NCBI GenBank assembly: GCA_041586955.1
Contig: JBFGZE010000063.1
Coordinates: 1 to 20,063, forward strand
Source: Bacteriovoracaceae bacterium
GTDB lineage: Bacteria > Bdellovibrionota > Bacteriovoracia > Bacteriovoracales > Bacteriovoracaceae
Direction of reading: 5' to 3'
DNA length: 20,063 bases
Of the stretch, positions 8,731 through 17,117 are shown in pieces. Below the pieces are notes generated by a model. It was not told the origin of the DNA. It did not search any database and saw nothing but the letters and a program-made list of their open reading frames with translations. A program made the position numbers and the translations under genes. The number at the start of each line of letters is the position of its first letter. Positions within the stretch are counted from its first letter, which is position 1.

Positions 8731-9516
8731 ATGCCTGGCGTAATCAATCAACCCTTAGTATTCGTAACCGGCAAAGGCGGTGTTGGTAAAACATGTTTTG
8801 CCGAAAGCCTCACGCACCTAAACCCCAACGCGGTTTTCTTTTCTCTTTCTCATCAAGGCCAAGTTAGTGCTATTGATCCTGGCTCCTCTGTCGACTGGGA
8901 CCTAGAAAGTTGTACCACTGATTACATCACTCAAAAATTTAAGTCCGAAACTATTGCCAAATGGATTATGAAAACTCCTCTTTTTTCGGCCATTTTCAGA
9001 ATGATTCCCAGCCTCAGCTACCTTACCTTCCTGGGGAAATTTGTTCATTATCTTGAGCACCACCCAGGTGCTCAACTTATTATCGATGCTCCTGCCTCAG
9101 GTCATGCCATCACAATGATTGAATCGATCGACTTATTTTCCTATATTTTCCAAGAAGGGCTTCTTTTTAAAGATACAAACCGTATTAAAAGTTTTCTAAC
9201 AGACCCCTTAAAAACCAAATTTATCGTTCTTACGTTACCTACTGACATGGCCATTCAAGAGGGACTAGACCTTAAAAATGAGTTTGCCTCGAAGGGACTC
9301 GAGAATACCGACATTATCGTTAACCAATCACTTCATAAATATTGTGATCGCAATAAAATCCAAGATAAAGAGCTCCCTCATTTTCTATTAGAGAGAGTTA
9401 GAGTCGAAAGAGAATTGCTTACGACCTATAATTTAAATGAGGCCCGTCTTATTTCTTATCAAACGGAAAATTTACACCAATCTATTATCGAAGAGGTTAT
9501 TGATGCCAATAACTAA
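8731..9516 (+). CDS. ArsA/GET3-family (SIMIBI) ATPase, subunit 1
   Basis: Deviant Walker A VTGKGGVGKT, switch II IDAPASGH, VLTLP...AIQE and IIVNQ. Confidence 0.85.
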   Translation: MPGVINQPLVFVTGKGGVGKTCFAESLTHLNPNAVFFSLSHQGQVSAIDPGSSVDWDLESCTTDYITQKFKSETIAKWIMKTPLFSAIFRMIPSLSYLTFLGKFVHYLEHHPGAQLIIDAPASGHAITMIESIDLFSYIFQEGLLFKDTNRIKSFLTDPLKTKFIVLTLPTDMAIQEGLDLKNEFASKGLENTDIIVNQSLHKYCDRNKIQDKELPHFLLERVRVERELLTTYNLNEARLISYQTENLHQSIIEEVIDANN

Positions 9517-10552
9517 TAATCACTTTGAAATATTCTGTGGAACTGGTGGTGTCGGCAAAACAACATTGGCCACAACAAGGGCACTCTACCTCCAACAACA
9601 AGGGTTTAAAACTCTTCTTATTACTATTGACCCAGCAAAAAGATTAAAGCAATTACTTGGTATCCCATCAATGTCTACGGGGGAAGCGTATCAGGTTGAC
9701 CCCAAAAGCTTTTCCCTACCAAAGGGAAAGGGAAAATTAGATGCCCTTCTCATGTCTGAAAGGGCCGCCTTTCAAAGAGTCTTACCCGAATATGGCCAAG
9801 CTTTTTTAGAAAATAGAATTTTAGGATCATTATTACGCCCCTATGGCGGAATGAATGAGATCTTTGCGCTCTTAGAACTCAATTATTTCCACCAATCAGG
9901 AAAATATGACGTCATTGTGTTAGATACCCCTCCCGGTGACCATTTTATTGATTTTTTACAGGCCGCTGAAAAAATTCATCAATTCTTTGATTCTAAATTC
10001 ATCGACCTTTTTAATTCACTTCAAAATTATCTTCAGGGAAAAAAATCAAAGGAGAAAAAAAGAGGTTTTGTTAAAAAGGTTCTCAGTCAAGGAATTGGCA
10101 AATTGATGCACTACCTAGGGCAGGTCACCGGTGAGCAATTTGTGGAGGAATTTGTCGAGGCAATTTCTTTATTCTATCACTCTAAGTCGGCCTTTATTGA
10201 TGCACTGGCATTGCAAAATGTATTGAAAGATGGAAAGAAAACAAATTGGTATCTCACCACTTCAGTTGAGCACCAAAAAATCAAGGAAGCATACGCGTTG
10301 CAACGTAACAGCGCCCGTTACTTTTCTGGTAAACAGCACCTTCTCATCAACCAAAGCCTTTTAAGTGAATTGAATCTATGGCAACCAAGTGATATTCCGT
10401 TACAGAAATTGCAAGAGACTATGCGAAACAAGGAAAATGAGTTAATACAGTACGCAGAAAATTGTTTTGAAAGTATGATGGTATTTCCATCTGTGACTCA
10501 CTTTCCACCAGATGAACAAATCAAACACCTTGTTACCTGTTGGGAAAAATAA
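9503..10552 (+). CDS. ArsA/GET3-family ATPase, subunit 2
   Basis: FCGTGGVGKTT, switch I TIDPAKRL, switch II YDVIVLDTPP and LLINQ. ATG 9503 has a GAGGT SD and overlaps the upstream gene by 14 nt. Confidence 0.9.
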   Translation: MPITNNHFEIFCGTGGVGKTTLATTRALYLQQQGFKTLLITIDPAKRLKQLLGIPSMSTGEAYQVDPKSFSLPKGKGKLDALLMSERAAFQRVLPEYGQAFLENRILGSLLRPYGGMNEIFALLELNYFHQSGKYDVIVLDTPPGDHFIDFLQAAEKIHQFFDSKFIDLFNSLQNYLQGKKSKEKKRGFVKKVLSQGIGKLMHYLGQVTGEQFVEEFVEAISLFYHSKSAFIDALALQNVLKDGKKTNWYLTTSVEHQKIKEAYALQRNSARYFSGKQHLLINQSLLSELNLWQPSDIPLQKLQETMRNKENELIQYAENCFESMMVFPSVTHFPPDEQIKHLVTCWEK

Positions 10553-10565
10553 CTCAGGTAAAGTA

Positions 10566-11780
10566 ATGGCCCTAATTCAAACAAAAGAAGCCTTTGAAAA
10601 GTTCATTTCAACAAATTGGAATCAAGTTAATGCCTTTATCGATGATATGGAAAAGGACTTACCTATTCCCTTGTACACTAGTGTTGATATTCGCGAATCA
10701 AAAACAAAATACGCGCCCGTAGATAATAATATCTATCCTGCAGGATTTAATAATATCTGCCAATTGGACCTCGATGCGTCGGCCAAACACTTTGAAGATG
10801 AAATTAAAAAATATGGGGAGCATATCCAACGGATTGCGATCATTCCTGAGTCTCATACCAAAAATTTATTTTATCTCGATCACCTTGCCTATTTAATTCA
10901 GACTTTATCGGCGGCAGGATTTGAAGTGGACCTTATCTCTCTCGATGAAAGTATTTTTAACGGGAAAGAGAAAGTGGACTTACTTAGTCATTCTCAATTT
11001 GCCCTCACCATTCATAGGGCCTACGCCAAAGATGATCAAATCTGTTTGTCTAGTGGTGATTGTTTTGACTTCATCATTCTCAACAACGACCAATCTCATC
11101 CAATTCCAATAAATTGGAAAGAGATCACCACTCCGGTTCACCCCACACCTTTTATTGGCTGGTATCGTAGACAAAAGGCCGAGCATTTTCATTACTACCA
11201 TCAAGTGATTGAGCAGTTTTGTCAAAGGTTTGAAATTGATCCTGAATTATTACGCGCAAAATTTAAATTCGTAGAGGAAGTTGATTTTTCAAGCAAGGAA
11301 GGACTCGATCGCTTGGCCAAAGAAGTTGACCAAATGCTTGAGACTCTTCCCCCTGGGAATAAAATTTTTGTTAAGGCCTCCCAAGGAACCTATGGAATGG
11401 GTATTATGGTTGTTGATAATGGCGATCAAATCCTCGCTATGAACCGTAAAGGTCGCAATAAGATGGACGTTGGCAAAAATAAAAAAAAGTTCACCTCTAC
11501 TCTTATTCAAGAGGGCATTGAAACAATCTTGAAGTATGATGATATGCCGGCAGAGGTCACAATCTATCTTATTGGTGGCCAAAGCGTTGGTGGGTTTATG
11601 CGGGCCAATACAGAAAAATCAAGTCAGAGTAACCTTAATAGCCGCGGAATGGTTTTTAAAAAGTATTGCATAAGCGAAATTAGGGCCAACCAAGACCATA
11701 AAGCAAAGGAAGCGGTTTATTCTATTATTGCCCGCCTCTCAACAGTTGCCAGTGGCCTTGAAGTACAAAAGCATAGTTAG
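10566..11780 (+). CDS. gshA: Glutamate--cysteine ligase, ATP-grasp type (Acidithiobacillus ferrooxidans-like GshA family)
   Basis: Family signatures YTSVDIRES..KYAPVDNNIYPAGFNN, IIPESHTKNLFY, ILNND, GWYRRQK, FVKASQGTYGMGIM, IQEGI, VGGFMR and NLNSRGM. Start taken at ATG 10566. Confidence 0.9.
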   Translation: MALIQTKEAFEKFISTNWNQVNAFIDDMEKDLPIPLYTSVDIRESKTKYAPVDNNIYPAGFNNICQLDLDASAKHFEDEIKKYGEHIQRIAIIPESHTKNLFYLDHLAYLIQTLSAAGFEVDLISLDESIFNGKEKVDLLSHSQFALTIHRAYAKDDQICLSSGDCFDFIILNNDQSHPIPINWKEITTPVHPTPFIGWYRRQKAEHFHYYHQVIEQFCQRFEIDPELLRAKFKFVEEVDFSSKEGLDRLAKEVDQMLETLPPGNKIFVKASQGTYGMGIMVVDNGDQILAMNRKGRNKMDVGKNKKKFTSTLIQEGIETILKYDDMPAEVTIYLIGGQSVGGFMRANTEKSSQSNLNSRGMVFKKYCISEIRANQDHKAKEAVYSIIARLSTVASGLEVQKHS

Positions 11781-11798
11781 AATCTAAGGAGAATTAAT

Positions 11799-13175
11799 AT
11801 GATGAAAGGCGCTCAACCCAATGTCGTTAAGGCCATTGGAAATACCCCCATTATTAAACTTAATAAAGTTGTCGCTGATGTTGAATCAGAGATATACGTA
11901 AAATTGGAATATATGAACCCAGGGGGTTCAACTAAAGACCGTATTGGCGCCTATATGCTCGACAAAGCTGTCGAAGATGGTACCTTAAAACCCGGTGGAA
12001 CAATCATTGAAGGCACTTCTGGTAATACTGGTGTAGGCCTTGCTATGTGGGCAGCAGTTAACGGTTATAAATGCATTTTCGTCCTTGCTGATAAGCAATC
12101 CAAAGAAAAAATTGATAACCTTCGTGCCTTCGGTGCTAAAGTTGTTGTTTGCCCTACAAATGTTGAACCAGAAGATCCTCGTTCCTATTACTCAGTCTCA
12201 AAAAGATTGGCCGAAACAATCCCCAATTCTTTCTACGTCAATCAATACGACAACCTTCATAATAGAATGACTCATTACACCTGGACTGCTCCTGAAATTC
12301 TTAAACAAACCGAAGGTGATTTTGACGTTTTTATGGCCGCGGTTGGAACAGGTGGCACAATTAGTGGATGCGGGAAATTTTTTAAAGAAAATATGCCCAA
12401 CGTAAAAATTGTTGGCGTCGATTGTGAAGGTTCTATCGTTGCTCATTATGCTAAGACCGGTGAAATGATTGAGGCAAAATCCTATATCCTCGAAGGTGTT
12501 GGAGAAGACTTCATTCCAGGAAATTACGATTTTGATAATATCGATGACTGGGTTGTTATCGGAGATAAAGAAAGTTTTCTCATGACTCGTAAACTTCTTA
12601 AGTACGAGGGAGTTTATGCTGGAGGAAGTGCAGGAGCGGCAATTATCGGTGCCATTAAATACGCAAAGACATTAAAAGAACCGAAAAAGATTCTCGTTCT
12701 TCTTCACGACTCAGGAAATCGCTATGCTTCAAAAATCTATAATGATGATTGGATGAGCGATAATGGTTACCTTGACTCATCTTTTAATGTGATCATTAAT
12801 GATGTCCTTTCTGAGCTTGGAAAAAAGGGAAATATTGCCACCGTTCAAGATACGGCCACAGTTGGTGAGGCCATTGCCTTAATGGATGAAAAATCCGTTT
12901 CGCAATTACCAGTCCTTAGTGGAGATGTCATTAAAGGGATAGTCTCAGAGAAGTCTCTCCTAAAACCTGTTTTAATGGGAGAATTTCAAAAAGATGATAA
13001 TATCTCTCTCGCCTATCATAATAAATTTAAAATTATTGATCGCCATGACCTTTTGGCAAATGTCGCTGATGCTCTCTTTTGCAAAGGGGTCGCCCTCATT
13101 ACAGAAAAGGATAAATTAGTTGATATTTTAACTGAAATTGATGTTCTCCAATACATTTCAAAAAAAGGAATTTAA
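11799..13175 (+). CDS. cbs: Cystathionine beta-synthase (PLP-dependent, with C-terminal CBS domain pair)
   Basis: IGNTPIIKL, KLEYMNPGGSTKDR, EGTSGNTGVGLA, GTGGTISG, EGVGEDFIP and DSGNRYASK, plus a C-terminal CBS-domain region (TVGEAIALMDEKSVSQLPV). AAGGAG SD. Confidence 0.92.
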   Translation: MMKGAQPNVVKAIGNTPIIKLNKVVADVESEIYVKLEYMNPGGSTKDRIGAYMLDKAVEDGTLKPGGTIIEGTSGNTGVGLAMWAAVNGYKCIFVLADKQSKEKIDNLRAFGAKVVVCPTNVEPEDPRSYYSVSKRLAETIPNSFYVNQYDNLHNRMTHYTWTAPEILKQTEGDFDVFMAAVGTGGTISGCGKFFKENMPNVKIVGVDCEGSIVAHYAKTGEMIEAKSYILEGVGEDFIPGNYDFDNIDDWVVIGDKESFLMTRKLLKYEGVYAGGSAGAAIIGAIKYAKTLKEPKKILVLLHDSGNRYASKIYNDDWMSDNGYLDSSFNVIINDVLSELGKKGNIATVQDTATVGEAIALMDEKSVSQLPVLSGDVIKGIVSEKSLLKPVLMGEFQKDDNISLAYHNKFKIIDRHDLLANVADALFCKGVALITEKDKLVDILTEIDVLQYISKKGI

Positions 13176-13177
13176 TC

Positions 13178-14347
13178 ATGAGCAGTACGAAAAAAAATAA
13201 TAATATGGGGATGTCAACAAAGGCGATTCACGTTGGTGGTCATCCAGATAAAGAAACAGGTGCCATTATGCCGCCTATTTATCAAACGTCGACCTTTGTC
13301 CAATCTTCACCTGGAACACATAAAGGCTACGAATATACTCGCTCTCATAATCCAACTCGCACAAGACTTGAAGAATGTCTTGCCGCCCTCGAAGGTGCCA
13401 AATATAGCTTAGTAACAGCGAGTGGCCTTTCAGCGACGATGCTGATGATGCATATGCTAGACGCTGGATCGACAATTATTTGTGGTGATGATGTATATGG
13501 TGGAACCTATCGCCTTTTCACAACCGTTTTTAATGATCGCCATCGTTATGTTTTTGCCAATACAACAGATCTCAAGTCTCTTGAGAAAATGTTTATTGAG
13601 TATCGTCCAAAAATGATTTGGCTCGAGTCTCCTACCAATCCACTTTTAAAAATTACTGATATTACAAAAGTTGCAGCATTGGCCAAGAAGTATAAATGCT
13701 TGGTTGCTGTCGATAATACTTTCATGAGTCCTTATTTTCAAAATCCATTAGAATTAGGGGCCGACTTTGTTCTGCACTCAATGACAAAATATATCAACGG
13801 CCATTCCGACGTTGTTGGTGGTTGCATCATGACCAATAATAAAAAGGGTTATGATAAGTGCTGGACATTACAAAACTCAATTGGCCCTAGCCAGTCACCA
13901 TTTGATTCATGGCTTGTCCTTCGTGGTATCAAAACATTGGCGATACGAATGGAGGCGCACCAAAAGAACGCCATGAAATTGGCCCAATGGCTTGAAAAGC
14001 ATCCAAAGGTTGAAAGAGTTGTATACCCAGGACTCAAAAGTCATCCTCAGCATAGAATCGCAAAAAAACAAATGAAAGGCTTTGGTGGTATGATCACTTT
14101 CTTTCTTAAGGGTGACATCAAAAAAAGTAAAAAGTTTTTATCCAAGGTTAAGCTTTTTGCTCTTGCAGAGAGCTTAGGCGGTGTTGAAAGTCTTATTGAA
14201 CATCCTGCGATTATGACTCATGCTTCTGTTCCAAAGAAAGTCAGAGAAGAAATTGGTCTCACAGATAACCTCATTCGTCTCTCTGTCGGTATTGAAAATC
14301 TGGAAGATCTAATTGCCGACTTGGAAAGTGCATTTAAAGTTGTTTAA
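13178..14347 (+). CDS. Cystathionine gamma-lyase / gamma-synthase (Cys/Met metabolism PLP enzyme)
   Basis: PPIYQTSTF, YEYTRSHNPTR, DDVYGGT, WLESPTNP, DNTFMSPY, PLP-lysine motif HSMTKYINGHSD and AESLGGVESLIEHPAIMTHAS. It starts 2 nt after cbs, which favours a gamma-lyase role. Confidence 0.92.
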   Translation: MSSTKKNNNMGMSTKAIHVGGHPDKETGAIMPPIYQTSTFVQSSPGTHKGYEYTRSHNPTRTRLEECLAALEGAKYSLVTASGLSATMLMMHMLDAGSTIICGDDVYGGTYRLFTTVFNDRHRYVFANTTDLKSLEKMFIEYRPKMIWLESPTNPLLKITDITKVAALAKKYKCLVAVDNTFMSPYFQNPLELGADFVLHSMTKYINGHSDVVGGCIMTNNKKGYDKCWTLQNSIGPSQSPFDSWLVLRGIKTLAIRMEAHQKNAMKLAQWLEKHPKVERVVYPGLKSHPQHRIAKKQMKGFGGMITFFLKGDIKKSKKFLSKVKLFALAESLGGVESLIEHPAIMTHASVPKKVREEIGLTDNLIRLSVGIENLEDLIADLESAFKVV

Positions 14348-14947
14348 TTAAAAAGTCCCCATTTCGGAATTTGAATTAGAGGGTGTATCATCACCCTCTT
14401 TTTTTTCTATTGAGGGAGGTGTCACAGACGGAGAAGTATTTAATACGGCATCGTCATAGTTTTTCTTGCGATTAAAAACAATCCCCTGGTCTAAATATTT
14501 TTGCACCAATAGATAGGCACAATAAATTCGGCCATGATCAGTCTTAATATCTTCTTTTTCACCATCTGCAAAAATAAGTCCATCATCCTGAAGAATTAAA
14601 TCAATTTTCTTGTAAGAGGAGCAAAACCCCTTTTTAGCACCGTCGGAGCAAGAATGGCTTCTCTTTTCAACAGAAATGCTCTTTTCATTAATCTTAATAT
14701 GTACTGGTGAGCGGCATACATCAATAATCCAATTTTTTGTTAAAAATTTTAATTTATTATGATGAATATCTATCACACAATTTTTCTTGGAAACTTTAAG
14801 AGTATTTTGTGTTAGGCCAAATGGAGCGGCCTTATGAGTAACGACGGTATCAAAGCTTGAATTCAAACACTCATTATCACTAAATGCCTTTGAGTTTGTG
14901 ATCGTTAATATTGCGATTGTTAAAATTCTAAACCATTTTAAGTCCAT
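14348..14947 (-). CDS. Hypothetical secreted protein with 6 Cys
   Basis: Signal-peptide-like N-terminus (MDLKWFRILTIAILTITNSKAFS), six cysteines and a low-complexity tail. Overlaps the upstream gene by 20 nt. Confidence 0.75.
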   Translation of the reverse strand: MDLKWFRILTIAILTITNSKAFSDNECLNSSFDTVVTHKAAPFGLTQNTLKVSKKNCVIDIHHNKLKFLTKNWIIDVCRSPVHIKINEKSISVEKRSHSCSDGAKKGFCSSYKKIDLILQDDGLIFADGEKEDIKTDHGRIYCAYLLVQKYLDQGIVFNRKKNYDDAVLNTSPSVTPPSIEKKEGDDTPSNSNSEMGTF

Positions 14948-15959
14948 TTTCTCCCACCTTTAAATAAATTGCTGTTGCATCAAAATCGAAAAATGGAGAG
15001 CCATCGTCCTTTTGTATTTGCATAAAAATGATATCAAATAACTCTTTGATCTCGCTTTCCGAAAAATTCATCACCTTTGGAATATCCAATTCGTACCTAT
15101 TCACCCCGGGGCTTAGTATTAGCCATTGATCCTTACTGCTAAGGCTACCATTTCGATGCGCTTGTTCAAAGTTATTTTCATTCACATCTAATATTTCAAT
15201 ATTATCATCAATACTATTCGATTTTTTAATTTTATAATCCCCAAATGAATACGACTCATAATCAAGGGAGACTTTATCAATCTTCAATATATAAAATTGA
15301 AAACTATTGGAAGGCCCTTCTAGGTCAATATCAGAATCTCGTAAATGGTTAAGAAGACCTTCCATGCATTCAGATAAATCCTTATTTTCTAGCCCTGCCC
15401 CATATTGTAGATGATTAACAATGAGAGAGGAGGTTAAATAAGACTTAACATTCATATGGTAAAGATAAATGAATCCATTTTTTTGAAAAAAATCAAAACT
15501 ATCCCCACCAATATTTTTTCCTGCACGGTACTTAGAATAAATCGAAAGCTTATCATAAACTTCTTTTCTCAAGGGGATAAATTGATTATGCAAACAGCTT
15601 AATACTTTTACCTCTCCAGAGTCATCGAACTTGTGGCTATTTTGATAGCTTTGGTGAATATTTGATAAAATATTTTCCAATAGCAGGCCAGGGAAATCGA
15701 GAGCGAAAACATTACCAACAGAAAAGGTCAACTTTTCAGAAATCTGCGCTATTTCGTGAGATTTATTTCCGACAAGATTGATTGGACGGTCAAATGTGGA
15801 GCTTATTGCCTCTGCATCTAGAATGTCGACTAAAGGAATCCCATCCTTCTCATTCAACTCTTTTATTGTCTCGACCCGTTCAAAGGCCAAATTACTGGGA
15901 ATAATGGAGACTAACTTAACGGCCAGCTCGTCTCTTTGGCTTAATAACAATAGTTTCAA
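14928..15959 (-). CDS. Degenerate SpoIIE/RsbU-like PP2C phosphatase-domain protein
   Basis: Ordered PP2C-like motifs GKNIGGDSFDF, LSSKDQWLILSPGV and DFDATAIYLKV, but most metal-binding Asp residues are replaced. TTG start with AGGA SD. Confidence 0.65.
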   Translation of the reverse strand: MKLLLLSQRDELAVKLVSIIPSNLAFERVETIKELNEKDGIPLVDILDAEAISSTFDRPINLVGNKSHEIAQISEKLTFSVGNVFALDFPGLLLENILSNIHQSYQNSHKFDDSGEVKVLSCLHNQFIPLRKEVYDKLSIYSKYRAGKNIGGDSFDFFQKNGFIYLYHMNVKSYLTSSLIVNHLQYGAGLENKDLSECMEGLLNHLRDSDIDLEGPSNSFQFYILKIDKVSLDYESYSFGDYKIKKSNSIDDNIEILDVNENNFEQAHRNGSLSSKDQWLILSPGVNRYELDIPKVMNFSESEIKELFDIIFMQIQKDDGSPFFDFDATAIYLKVGENGLKMV

Positions 15960-16000
15960 AACTTCATCCTAAAATTTTTAATGTTAACTCCTCTCTATTT

Positions 16001-16028
16001 TAAAGTTGTTTATCAAAAATACCGAATA
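16001..16028 (+). promoter_or_regulatory. Putative sigma28/FliA-type promoter for the HD-GYP gene
   Basis: TAAAG-N15-ACCGAATA, ending 44 nt upstream of ATG 16073. Confidence 0.55.
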
Positions 16029-16072
16029 AAAAATGAGTTTAAGAAAAAAACCAAACGAGTTGGTCAGGTATC

Positions 16073-16780
16073 ATGAGTAAAAATACAAAGATTCTTAATT
16101 TTAAAAAAAGAAAAGATTTAGAAAATGATCCGATTTTTGACCTTTCCCCTAGTGAAAGAAAGTTATGCGAAATCTCAATTTGCACTTTAATTAATGCTCT
16201 TGAAGCAAAAGATCCCTATACCAAGGCCCATTCCTTAAGAGTGGCCCATTTTAGCTTAGTCCTCGGTCGAGAAATAAAATTATCAGAAAAAGAGCTTTAT
16301 TTATTAGAGCTGGCATCCGTCTGTCATGACCTTGGAAAAATATCAACTCCCGATAATATACTCAAGAAGCCTGAACGTCTTGATCATAAAGAATTTGAAA
16401 TAATGAAAGATCATCCTCATTCAACATTTGAGATTTTAAAAGACTTTGGCGCGCTTCATAATATCGCAACATACGCTATGCATCATCACGAGCGCTTCGA
16501 TGGCCGCGGCTACCCATTGGGACTTAAAGGGGAAGACATCCCCCTGTTCTCTCGAATTATTCTTATTAGTGATACATTTGATGCTATGACCTCAACTCGC
16601 CCATATCGAAAAGGGCTACCTTGTCAGGTTGCATTTAATGAACTCCTCGAGTTCAGTGGCACTCAGTTTGACGCTAGACTGGCCAAGGCCTTCATTAAAA
16701 GTATGGAGAAATCTGTTAAAGATAGTGACCATTTCCAGCTAAGCTTTATACCTGGATCATTTAAAAAAATCGCCGCCTAG
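16073..16780 (+). CDS. Stand-alone HD-GYP domain cyclic-dinucleotide (c-di-GMP) phosphodiesterase
   Basis: ALEAKDPYTKAHSLRV, CHDLGK, HHHERFDGRGYP, SRII..SDTFDAMTSTRPYR and SGTQFD. Confidence 0.93.
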   Translation: MSKNTKILNFKKRKDLENDPIFDLSPSERKLCEISICTLINALEAKDPYTKAHSLRVAHFSLVLGREIKLSEKELYLLELASVCHDLGKISTPDNILKKPERLDHKEFEIMKDHPHSTFEILKDFGALHNIATYAMHHHERFDGRGYPLGLKGEDIPLFSRIILISDTFDAMTSTRPYRKGLPCQVAFNELLEFSGTQFDARLAKAFIKSMEKSVKDSDHFQLSFIPGSFKKIAA

Positions 16781-17117
16781 TTCAACATTTGGGCCACCTT
16801 GGAGCTCTAATTCCTCTTTTATAATCCACTTGAAAGGCTTAGGGCCCAACGACATGAACATCCTTCCACTATAAAATTGACGTAATTGTAGCTTGATTAA
16901 TAGAAAGGCAGCTTTATTTCTATTAGATCACTAATATACCTTTAACTTCCCTCTTTAAAACATACTTCCTGTAATTCTATATACGCTGAGCGGTATGCCG
17001 GAGAGAGTCACACCTATTAAATTTTTTTTAAAAAAAGGTTGATTAAAACAGACGAGTGTTCTAATAAGTTGACCCATGAAAACAAAATATGTTTACATCA
17101 ACCATTAGGAGAAAAGT

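Noticed and set aside
8731..10552. Arsenic resistance (ars) operon, or a single arsA gene split by a frameshift
   Set aside because: No other ars genes are present. The second ORF has its own SD and ATG, and the motif asymmetry fits a natural two-gene pair.
7605..14037. Short alternative-frame or antisense ORFs inside the central operon (7605, 8303, 10921, 10980, 11289, 12040, 12198, 13275, 13849)
   Set aside because: Fully nested in genes with strong family signatures; no independent evidence of coding.
17069..17098. Sigma70 promoter (TTGACC ... TTACAT) for the small secreted protein
   Set aside because: The -10 match and spacing are too weak in AT-rich DNA to report as a feature.
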